Of a DNA stretch of 35,636 nucleotides, positions 25,346 to 35,636 are shown one piece after another. The notes under the pieces were generated by a model that was not told where the DNA came from, ran no database searches, and saw only the letters and a program-made list of their open reading frames with translations. Each line of letters begins with the position of its first letter. Positions within the stretch are counted from its first letter, which is position 1. This DNA is from Octopus bimaculoides. Its lineage: Eukaryota. The position numbers were made by a program, and so were the translations under genes. The DNA is taken from NCBI RefSeq assembly GCF_001194135.2, contig NC_068986.1, positions 42,339,882 to 42,375,517 of the forward strand. The letters run 5' to 3'.

Positions 25346-26339
25346 AGTGATCCATAGGTTTCAGAATATGTGAGATGCTATTGCAGACATCCAATATGTT
25401 TACAGTACGTTTCTGAAAACGGTCACTTAAAGGGTAACAAACGGCTATTGCCTAAAAAATTATCTTAACCAGAGAAAGGATGGTTTATTAAATGTATCAG
25501 AGAGTTTAGTTTCTTTCAGATATTTTCTAAATTTACATCTAGTCAACAATGCCTTTTATCCTTCCGAGGTCGATTCAGTTGATTATGTCCCTCACTTATG
25601 AAGTATAGCTTTGTGCTTGCATGAGAATTCATTATTATAGGCTGATAATTTGAAACCTTGAACCAGTTTAAGATATAATTAAATGCAGAGACAAGTGCAT
25701 TGTAATCTTATAATATTACAATGCACTTATTGCTGTGTTTATTAATTGTAGACTATCATATTAGATACGTTATAATATTTAGTCGTGTTTATGTTCACGT
25801 TTAATCCTATTAGAACTGGTTTTATTTCCGGAGTTCTATAAATGCTTAATGGATTAAACCGCTATACTTTTTCTACTATACTCCTCTATGATAAATGTGT
25901 GGCTCTGTTCCCATGTAAGAAGATATTTTTTGTAACCTGCTACGTGATTTGCGAATATTAAAACATACATCCATCCATTACTTTTCTCCAAAGAAACAAT
26001 TTCAATTTTTGCATCGATATTTATGGCAAAGGTTATTTTTTTCAGTAAACATTAAGTTTGTGGCGATCAGGTCTATGACCAGGTTTTAGATTGTTGTAAT
26101 TTTATTCAATTGTATAAGTAATATAGTTGGTATACGTGCAATGAAATTGTTGATTTCTGTATAGTAAATAACGTTTAGTTTTTGTTTGTCTGTTTTTCGC
26201 AAAACAAGAAACAATAGGGTCGGAGATCAGTTCTGAAAGCGATAGCATTAAACTCTATAACGAGGACATCAAAACAACAGTCAAGATGACTTTAGAGAAA
26301 TAGGGCAATGCGTATGTATGCAGAAAATATTTTGGCCTG

Positions 26340-28680
26340 CCACCTGCTTCGTAGCAAGGTTTTGAAGAAAGCATCTTGTTTTATTCATCATCCTTTAAAT
26401 TTTATGAAGGTCTTGTAGACTTTTATAGTCCCAGATATCGTAATCATTTGTAATGTACGAATTAAGAATCTGCGTTCTCTTCCCAAGAGCCCAAGTTCAG
26501 CCATACTTTGCTCTAAACGGGTTTGTATATATCCTGTTGCTCCAATAGTAACAGGTATGAAGTTGAAAGAGTATCTTGAGTAATGGATTTGAAAATCCCT
26601 TATCAATGTTCCATCGATGTACTCTTTCTCTTGTATTTTTTTAACTACATTGGTGTCCTGAGGGTAGCTGATTTCCGCAATAGAACATCTTTTTCTTGTG
26701 GGTTTAACAATATCTGGCCGGTGGTGCTTTAATTTGGAGGCTGTTCTAATTTTTAAGTTCCACCATTATTTTTTTGACCCATCGGTCTCAATATACACCG
26801 GGCTGTGTGTTGTGTTCTTGAGCAAGACACTTTATTTTACGTTGCTCTAGTTCACTCAGCTCTAAATGAGTTGCAACTTTACTGGTGCCGAACTGTATCA
26901 GCCTTTGCCTTTCCCCTGGATAACATCGGTGGCGTGGAGAGGGGAGGCTGGCATGTATGTATAAACAACCTTCCTCGGATTTGTTCCTCAGAGGGAACTT
27001 TCTAGCTGCAACCCCATGGTCATTCACTCATTCACGACCAAAGGAGATCTTTAACCTTTATCCCTTTCCAGACTATTCAGGCCACCGTATCATGCCTCAT
27101 GGGAAGATAATATCTTGAAAACATTCTCTCGCAGTTGCCAATAATGTGATTGACGACTTTAGTCTTGGTTTTCCATAGCCTACATTTGTTGCATGTCAAT
27201 GTTTTCTGCTTTTTTATGCTGTAGGTACTTGGTGGTGGGTGATCTCTTCTTGAATTGCCTGGACGTATCGTTCGAAATGGGATGCCATAAACTTGTCGGT
27301 ATTCCAAACTGAGCTTTTGATATGATCAATTCCTACTATGGTTTGTGTTATTCGTGCAAGTACCTATGTACTATCTATTCAGTGAACTGACTTATTTTTG
27401 TATTTTGTTCTGATAAATTCGATTCTACCAATGCTCTCCTTAGGGAGAGATTTGTATCAGCTCTTATTTCATACCTCTCTTCAAGTTCATTGGCTACTGT
27501 AATTATGTTATTGATTTAATGGTCACAAATTTGAGCAAGATAGTCACTGGGCTTTTTTCACTACTGTAGATATGGTTTCGGTGTCACAATCCGTGCTTCA
27601 TATGACATCAATAGATTTGAGACTACCATCTTTGCGTAGGAAGTATAGCCTGTCTACATCTTCATTGACGTTGAAGTTTCATGTTACACTGAGCAGCTTG
27701 CGAGTTTGAACATCTTTCTTATTGAGTTCTTGTAATGACCATTTCGGAAGGCCAAACGTAGGCGTGGGGAAAGGCAGGCACTGCAAAGGTGTTGTGAGCA
27801 ACATGCTTGTTGTAAGCTGAGAGTTCTGATGACCACATTCTCTTTACTCTTTTGAGGTATTCGTTCCTGGCCTTCTACTTATTTATGTGTCCATCATATC
27901 TGCATTCTCAACCTGTCCAAGACCTATAATTATCACCTGACAGTAGAGGTTGTTACACCAAGCCATTAGTTTTTAGGTTATTAGAGGAGGTTACATTTCC
28001 ACGCCTTATTGCCAAAAGTACACATTTGAACGTACCATATTTCAATCTAGCGTCTGGAGTAAAATAGGATCATTAGGTCTAATTGATTTTTTTTCATGTG
28101 GTTGATATTTGACCCATTCAATTCCAGTTTGTCGAGAAAGAAAAGATAGGAGATACTACTTTTGGATCCATCTCTATAGCCACTATGCTTTGTGAGCCAG
28201 TATGATTGTGGGTTTAATAAGAGGGGTAAAAGCAACACTGACAGGCTATCACCTTGAAAGATACCTTCTAGATAGTGAATGCTATCAGATTCAGTTTGCT
28301 CTTTATCACTCCTAAAGAGCAAAGCGGTGTACCAAGTCTTGGTCAGGCGTTCAGTATCACTCACTAGTGGTTGTAGGACTATGTCCAACTGTAAAACCTT
28401 GATGATCCACCCATGTGGTATACTATTAAAACCCTTCTGGTAGTCAAACTGCGCTACAGTTAAGTCCCTGCGATCTTTTACTGCTTTTTTTTTATCCTGA
28501 ATCATTTTATTATGAGCTTCTGTATAGAGCCCTGCACTTCCTACTTTCCTCCAGCTGGCTCAGGTGATATAATGCATGTATTATGTATGTACGTATGTCC
28601 GGTCCTGTACCATCGCAAAATATATGCTGTGAATATGAATACAGTCTTTGTGTACCAAAGGTTCAATCTTAATCTCTCTA
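26340..28680 (-). mobile_element. Second, divergent decayed R4/Dong-clade retrotransposon with intact RLE C-terminus, interrupted by a SINE
   Basis: Motifs DYQKGFNSIPHGW; GIFQGDSLS; CNKCRLW...HIIGNC...YYLPMRHDTVA; KHHRPDIVV; PVTIGATG...LQMITISGTIKVYKTF-stop (26388). The 5' boundary is approximate. Confidence 0.88.
26789..27068 (+). mobile_element. 5'-truncated CORE-type SINE nested in the R4/Dong element
   Basis: CORE-like tgtgttcttgagcaagacact...ctctagttcactcagctctaaatgag and the same tail as 9509-9845. The tRNA head is missing. Confidence 0.85.
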
Positions 28681-28831
28681 GTATTTTGCTTTTACTCATT
28701 ACCACGAGTACATAAGTTTGTAAATTATCTAAATGATCTTTAAATTGAGAGAAAATATATTTCCCACAATTTAAGCTGTGAATGTTATTGATTGAACAAC
28801 TGTATGTTAATTTTCTTTTCCATATTTCTAG

Positions 28832-28957
28832 TACTTATTGCATTTATAAATGCATGGAGTGTTCGAGTAGCGACAACAGTTCAAAACGTTTTAACAATTG
28901 CGAAGTTATTAGCTATTGCTATCATCAGCGGTGGTGGGATCTACAAACTTGCAGCAG
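28832..28957 (+). CDS. SLC7A9-like: SLC7 amino acid transporter, internal exon (TM4 end to TM5)
   Basis: tttctAG acceptor and G|GTAAG donor. 126 nt, phase 1-1. Encodes (L)LIAFINAWSVRVATTVQNVLTIAKLLAIAIISGGGIYKLAA(G), with the NxxSV...VQN...AKL motif. In frame with the previous exon. Confidence 0.95.
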
Positions 28958-29428
28958 GTAAGATAGATATTTTAAAATATTTTTTTACTTGTATTCTATC
29001 TATTATCGCTCTTTTAAGGGAATCTTCCTTCTTTAGGTCGCTAGATTTTGATAGAGGTATGCAAATATCCTCGTGGTATACAGCATGTCTTATGTATTTG
29101 AAATTGAAATTTTCAGCATTAGCCAGATTTTCGTTTAAATGAGAGAACATTAAATTTTGTGTAATTTAAAGATAGAGGCAGTTCCTTCTTGTCTTAAATA
29201 AATGCTTCGTAAAAACACATGGAAAGCATGAAATAGCAACTTTTGGAGTTCTGGTGCCCTATAGATATACTTACTCGTGTTTACTTCATTTTTATCGAAA
29301 TCCTTGAAGCCTTAGCCAATTCAGCTCTTGTGGACGTATTTCATTTAGAGTCAGTGGGGAAGCCTTGGTAATTGAGTTTAGCGGAAGGCTAAAATGTTAA
29401 AATCTATCAAAGCTAAATAGAAGCAAAG

Positions 29429-29492
<64 letters not shown>

Positions 29493-29497
<5 letters not shown>

Positions 29498-30400
29498 ACC
29501 GACACAACTTTGATACAAATCCAAGTGTTAGACTTATATATCCCTCTAAATCTGATCTTGGCAAAATTAGTAAATTCCTATTAGATAAATATATACTGAA
29601 ACATAGAAACATAATAAAGCTAAATCTTTGGTCCAGTTCATATGAAGTGATTACACAAAGACAACATAAAGATGAAACTAAATTTATCCAGATAGATATT
29701 TCAAATTACTATGATTCTATAAACTCAATACTACTTAATATGGCGCCGATGTTTGCAGAGGAAAATTTGGAAATAACTCGTGATGAAATAGATGTTATTT
29801 TGGCGGTTAGAAAATCTATCATTAAATTTGAGAATAAATATTGGATTAGAAAGGATAGACCGGATATGTTTGACATAATATAAGTATGGGTTCTACGGAT
29901 TCGGCACAGGTTACTGATTTCGTGGGAATTTATATATATATTTTTTCTCTAAATAAGAAATTCCCTGAAATAGCAGGAGGTTTTTATAGAGATGATGCAT
30001 TTTTTAATTGTAAACACATCCAGTAGAATGCTAGAAAAAATATAGAAACAAATTTTTTAGATTCTTTAAAAATATAGGGCTATCTATAACGATAGAAGAT
30101 GAACATGACTTAATTTCCTAAATGTTACATTGGAGATTGAAAACAGAATCTATAAACCCTTTCATACACCTATTGAAAGCTTGAGATATATAAATATTGG
30201 CAGTAATCATTCCAAATCAGTAATAGACTTATTAATAAAGAACATTTAGTCTAGAATAACTAAATTATCTGCTAATGAGAATATTTTCAAAGTTAATGAA
30301 GACTATTATAACTTAGCACTTAGGAAAGCGGGACATAAGGATAAAATTATGTTTAATAAGTCAAATAATGAATCTGATTTAAACAGTAATTTTAATGATG
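29493..30400 (+). mobile_element. Penelope-like element reverse transcriptase fragment
   Basis: KHRHNFDTNPSVRLIYPSKSDLGKISK; FIQIDISNYYDSI; MGSTDSAQVTD; YRDD; FLNVTL; YINIGSNH. Frameshifted, begins directly after (TA)n, and no GIY-YIG domain is seen. Confidence 0.85.
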
Positions 30401-30700
30401 CAGATCTAATATCTAGTACTATAAACAAATCTGCTTATAAGAAAGGTAGGAATGGAGATTTAAACGGCCAAATCGAAGAATATCAGGTTAAGACCCTTAA
30501 AAACTACACCGGTTTTATTGTAGAGTTGTAATTGCAACGGTTACTAATCGGTGCAATTGAAACATATTTTGGTCTATGTAAAGCGGTATAAATCTTTAAA
30601 TCTTTAAATTGGTTCAGCTTCAAAGCTGCGGTCATGATGGGGCACCACTGTTATGTAAATTAAAGAATTAAAGGTAATGCTATGCAGCTTATTAGTATAT

Positions 30701-30817
<117 letters not shown>

Positions 30818-30889
30818 TGTAACAACAAGAGAATGAGACCTCGATTATAGAGAAATAGAGGATTATTTATATATGTTGTAATTAGAATT

Positions 30890-30948
30890 ATAGTACTCGG
30901 AGTCTCGAATGCCGGAGCGAAGATCTACGATACGTTCTCGTCGGCTAT
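30890..30948 (-). ncRNA. Degenerate type I hammerhead ribozyme-like motif
   Basis: Minus strand reads ATAG-CCGACGA-GAA...TTC-GAGAC-TCCGA-GTA-CTAT. Stem I is ATAG/CTAT, stem III is near-palindromic ACTC-C-GAGT, and the triplet is GUA. Two core deviations: U4C and GAGA for GAAA. Confidence 0.55.
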
Positions 30949-31039
30949 CAATGACAAAAGACGCTACGAAAAATAGTTAAATATAAGGGAAGTAACTCTA
31001 ATAGGTGGAAAAAGAAAAAAAGAAAAAAGAAAAATATAA

Positions 31040-31067
31040 TAATATATATATACATAAATATATACCC

Positions 31068-31130
<63 letters not shown>

Positions 31131-31512
31131 CAAATATATATAAATATACACCTATATACAACCATATTCTCACAATACATAAACATAACGTCTACATCCG
31201 TACACACTCACACAAACATGTATACGTACATACACACACACACACACACACAAACAAGCATATATGTATGTACGTACTCAGACATAGACTATCCATACAC
31301 ACGCGCACATGTATATATATGTATATGTATATATGTACGCAACCTCATCCTCATATACACATAGGTGCTTACATGCATACACGTAACATAATACCTATAC
31401 ATTGACACCTTTATACGTATAAATATACGTATATATATATATATATACACATACATTCTTACTCCCGCATACATACACACAGATACGCACACACGCACAC
31501 ACATACACATAC

Positions 31513-31544
<32 letters not shown>

Positions 31545-31790
31545 CACTCCCATCACACACCTACACCCGCACATATACAAATATATGCATACCCATATAA
31601 GTGAAGGAAGTGTGTGCATGAAAATCGTACATATGGCTGAAAATTGCACACATGTATGTATATGAGTTACACTCATATACATACATATAAAAATAGACAT
31701 ATATACACACATATACATGTACACACACGTGCACACTCGCACAATTAAAAAGGAAAAAAGAAAAAAATGAAAATATATATATAAAAAATT
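31040..31790 (+). repeat. Long degenerate (AT)/(AC) low-complexity tract
   Basis: Direct reading. Confidence 0.9.
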
Positions 31791-31949
31791 AAAAACTAAT
31801 GGAGGTTAAAACATGGGATAATTTGTGCAGGAACATAGTAGAAATGTGGATTCTAGCCGTGATCTTCGGGGCCCTAAATCGTAACAGGTATTTTGTGACA
31901 TGTGGACATGCTCCAAAGAGTTCAGTTTTTGAATTTAGATATATATCTA

Positions 31950-32240
31950 TGTATGTGTGTATGTGTGTATTTGTGTATTTGTGTATTTGTGTATTTGTGT
32001 GGGGGTTAGTGTGTGTGTGTGTATGTATTTGTGTGTCTGTGTTGTTGCCCAGCCATCGCTTGATGGCCGATGTTGATGTGTTTACGTCCCCGTAGCATAG
32101 GGATTCGGCAAAAGGGAACAACAGAATAAGTACTAGGCTTACAAAGAATAAATCTTGGAGTCAATTTGTACGACTAAAGGTAGTACTCCAGCATGGCCGC
32201 AGTCAAATCACTGAAACAAATAAAAATAAGAGAAATAAGG
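31950..32240 (+). mobile_element. 3' half of the microsatellite-bearing SINE family
   Basis: (GT)n then ...gtgtttacgtccccg...aataagtactaggcttacaaagaataa...gcatggccgcagtcaaatcactgaaacaa, the reverse complement of 8925-9120. Confidence 0.8.
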
Positions 32241-32245
32241 AATAT

Positions 32246-32753
32246 NNNNNNNNNNNNNNNNNNNNNNNNNNNNNNNNNNNNNNNNNNNNNNNNNNNNNNN
32301 NNNNNNNNNNNNNNNNNNNNNNNNNNNNNNNNNNNNNNNNNNNNNNNNNNNNNNNNNNNNNNNNNNNNNNNNNNNNNNNNNNNNNNNNNNNNNNNNNNNN
32401 NNNNNNNNNNNNNNNNNNNNNNNNNNNNNNNNNNNNNNNNNNNNNNNNNNNNNNNNNNNNNNNNNNNNNNNNNNNNNNNNNNNNNNNNNNNNNNNNNNNN
32501 NNNNNNNNNNNNNNNNNNNNNNNNNNNNNNNNNNNNNNNNNNNNNNNNNNNNNNNNNNNNNNNNNNNNNNNNNNNNNNNNNNNNNNNNNNNNNNNNNNNN
32601 NNNNNNNNNNNNNNNNNNNNNNNNNNNNNNNNNNNNNNNNNNNNNNNNNNNNNNNNNNNNNNNNNNNNNNNNNNNNNNNNNNNNNNNNNNNNNNNNNNNN
32701 NNNNNNNNNNNNNNNNNNNNNNNNNNNNNNNNNNNNNNNNNNNNNNNNNNNNN
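32246..32753. other. Largest assembly gap (508 N); others at 3298-3444, 11450-11459, 11930-11939, 13164-13310, 13976-13985, 14575-14683, 33622-33665
   Basis: N runs, mostly next to microsatellites or tandem repeats. Confidence 0.99.
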
Positions 32754-32888
32754 ACGTGGTCGCACCAGCTAATCCTGTCTCCTCTCATCACACGAACTTC
32801 CATTGTTATGATCAGCCATTATTATGATTGACCGTTGACTGGACACTATTCAATTTTTTTCTCCGTGTTTTTCTCCTTGTCTCCGTAT

Positions 32889-32925
32889 TCTTTCTGTTGA
32901 AGAGCGTAGCTCGAAACGTCAAAGA
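32889..32925 (+). ncRNA. Minimal type I hammerhead ribozyme-like motif (A6U core variant)
   Basis: Reads TCTTT-CTGTTGA-A-GAGC-gta-GCTC-GAAAC-GTC-AAAGA. Stem I is a perfect 5 bp, stem II is 4 bp, ACGT is the stem III palindrome, and the triplet is GUC. Confidence 0.7.
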
Positions 32926-33072
32926 CTTTCCGTATTCCCGAGCGTCATACTAATACATCCTTTTGTTATTTACACCACCTGTCCTCGTCTGTTGTTGTTT
33001 TTTCGTATATTCTCCCATATATATATATGTATATTTGAGAAAAAAAAATTGTTTTAAGTCTCTGACCGAATA

Positions 33073-33426
33073 GTAATGTTTATATGCCAACAGAATGTGA
33101 CACTCCTATAAAGGACGATATTACCGTTGTTTTAGGTCCAGGTAAACATCTCTTCCAGCTGGCTGTCGACAGACAGTTTGCGTACATATAGCATTTGGAA
33201 GGGATGTCATCCTCCCATCTCTAGTCACTGAGGACTGATAACATCCAGAAACCTAGATCTGTGAGTATAACGTAAGTCTAAAGATGGGAGCGATGACCTC
33301 CCTTGCAAATGCTATACGGACACACTGTGTCGATAGCTAGCTGGAAAAGATGTTTTCCTGGGGCTAAAACAACAGTAACATCAACCTTTATAAGACTACC
33401 ACATTCTGTTGGCATATAAACGTTAC
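33073..33426. mobile_element. MITE-like foldback element with about 150-bp imperfect terminal inverted repeats
   Basis: Left arm 33073-33224 pairs with right arm 33278-33426. The outer 27 nt match at 26 positions (gtaaYgtttatatgccaacagaatgtg). No ORF. Confidence 0.85.
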
Positions 33427-34556
33427 CATATATTTGAACGTCTTTGTGAAAATTACTTAATACAGTTTTTATGTATAAATGGGATATTTTTAAAAAATTT
33501 ATTTTTCTAAATAAGTTATAAAATCTTTTATCAGGAACCTTTTTGGAAGAGGTGTTTTTCCTAGCGTGTGTGAGCGCTTTCGATTAACTTCTTCAAATAC
33601 ACCTATGCCTGGTTAACTTTTNNNNNNNNNNNNNNNNNNNNNNNNNNNNNNNNNNNNNNNNNNNNATATATATATATATATATATATAAAGGGAAAATAG
33701 AGATAAATACGTAGGTAGGTATAGGGAGCGAGAGATGAGGGAGATAGGGAGTGAGAAAGAGAGAGAGAGAGAGAGAGAGAGATTTAGTCTATGCATACAT
33801 CTATTTCATGCACAACCTTGCATGAATCAGAATTGAAATGAATTTAAGTATTGCAAAGCATCACTGTTGGTAGATGAAGAATGCTATTGATCAACAGAAA
33901 GAACGGGAGGGAGTCATATGACAGGCCACTTCACGGTTTCTTGATCGCTTCAATAGTATACTTGGCTTCTCTCTTTGATCAATAGCTTGGATTAGTTGAT
34001 ATATAAAGACCGCTTTGCTTATTTATACTTTTGACTGCTCATCATTAATTAAATATGTATTTATGCACAGCACATCATAAATAGGAAAATGTTGAAATCA
34101 ATTTAAATATTATAAAACTTCCCTGTGGGCAAGATAAAAATGTAAATCTATGCAACGGTAAAAAGTGGAAGAGAATCTCCTGATTGACTTCTTTGTTGTT
34201 TGTTCCTTCAAATATATTTATAAAGCAGCAGATATGTACTATTGATTAGGGAAGAAAGCTGAATACGTCTTTACTGAGGAGCGAACAACGTCAACAAACC
34301 GTGAAATGGCTTATTTCTTTCCATATACATCAGGTGTGTAGTAAAAATGGGTTTATGTTTGTATCGTCCACAGCAAGGCTTTGCAAAACACACACAGACA
34401 CGTGTGTGTGTATGTGTGTGTGCGCGCGCGCGCGTGCATCTGTGTGTAAGTACGGCCGCAGTCAAATGACTGAAACAAGTAAAAGAATAAAAGAATATGC
34501 ACCAGCATGACCGCAGCCACTTGGCTGAAACCCATAAATAAATAAATATATATATC

Positions 34557-34636
<80 letters not shown>

Positions 34637-34937
34637 GTATATGTATATGTATATATAAATCATAGAATAGAATAATTATAGAATTTTCTCCGCTTTAACC
34701 TTTTCTTTAGCATCAGCCCTTTTCATTCATTTTATGTGAGTGAATGTGTGTTTGTGTGCATAGGTAGTATATTTTCGATGCAGGATATACGTGACCTGCT
34801 TTCGATTTCACCTTCAATGTTCTCCTTGCACCGCCAGTACAAAGCTCCATGAAAGAAGTAAAGATATAACAATCACTGTCTTTTGCACTATATAGTGGTT
34901 GTCTACTCCTTATACAAAGTCTGACCACTTCATGTAC

Positions 34938-35270
34938 TTACATCTGAGATCCACCATGGGGTCGGATGTGGCTTTTTAAACCAAACAATGTATTGAAAAC
35001 ACACCAACATAGATTGCATATCTGATTTGGACCACCAAGAATTGCAGTTAAGTTCTGATCTTTGTGGATTTTAAAATGTCTTTTGGAGCCTCCATTAGAT
35101 TTGCAGACCTTATGACATACACGGTATTGAAAGGTGTGCACAGAGATATAGGCAGAGTAGTTGGCGGAGGCTCGTTTTTCATGGATACGCAAATGAAATT
35201 TGAACCCTGCAAGAGAAAAGTATGGTCTGTCCCAATTGTGTACACAAAAAGACTGCTGAGATTCACCTTC
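34938..35270 (-). mobile_element. 3' end of RTE-clade LINE with two C2H2-like fingers
   Basis: CHKVCKSNGGSKRHFKIH and CNLCWCVFNTLFGLKSHIRPH, followed by a stop. There is no splice signal or intact upstream ORF. Confidence 0.65.
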
Positions 35271-35636
35271 TCATTGATATATATATATATATATATATTT
35301 GAACACACACACACACATACGCACACACAGAGAGAGAGAGAGAGATATATATATGTATATATATATAAATATATATGAAAGAAGGTTTGAAAATGCACTT
35401 ATTTTTCAAAAATATTTATTTACTTAACCGGTTTCACTTTTTTAGAAAAAGATTATCAAAAGTCTTTGAGAATAATAAAAAATGTTAAAAAACAGTTTGA
35501 GTATTAAAATGCATATATACATTCTTTGATGATAAAATATATTTAAAGTATAAAGCTTTGTATGAACTTTGTAGTGTTACATACTGATTGTCACACATTC
35601 TCTGATATTAAGGTGAAATTGTTAAAAACAGTGTTA

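Noticed and set aside
30515-30575. ATTGCA...TGCAAT-TGAAACATAT at the end of the PLE fragment as a hammerhead
   Set aside because: There is no recognisable CUGANGA, cleavage triplet or stem I.
34938-35192. Host C2H2 zinc-finger gene
   Set aside because: It lacks TGEKP linkers, splice sites and a credible start. It fits the 3' end of an RTE LINE ORF better.

Overview
AT-rich, microsatellite- and transposon-dense animal genomic DNA with eight assembly gaps. The SINE families and overall style resemble an octopod cephalopod (recalled from memory, not verified). The only host gene I can support is three internal coding exons on the + strand (18039-18140, 20217-20480, 28832-28957). They splice in frame, all phase 1 and GT-AG, into roughly TM1-TM5 of an SLC7 light-chain amino acid transporter (b(0,+)AT/SLC7A9-like); the first and later exons are not visible. 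The rest is intronic or flanking DNA. It holds two decayed R4/Dong-clade RLE retrotransposons, Penelope-like element (PLE) fragments, RTE and CR1-like LINE relics, four mariner fragments, several SINE families, a long-TIR MITE-like hairpin and a seemingly perfect 304-bp duplication. The most notable hidden signal is four distinct minimal type I hammerhead-ribozyme-like motifs (13090-13137 -, 23283-23328 -, 30890-30948 -, 32889-32925 +). Each has its own stems and sits in a short non-coding unit beside microsatellites. This fits several families of non-autonomous ribozyme-bearing (PLE/retrozyme-like) elements. All calls were made by eye; none was confirmed by database search or folding software.
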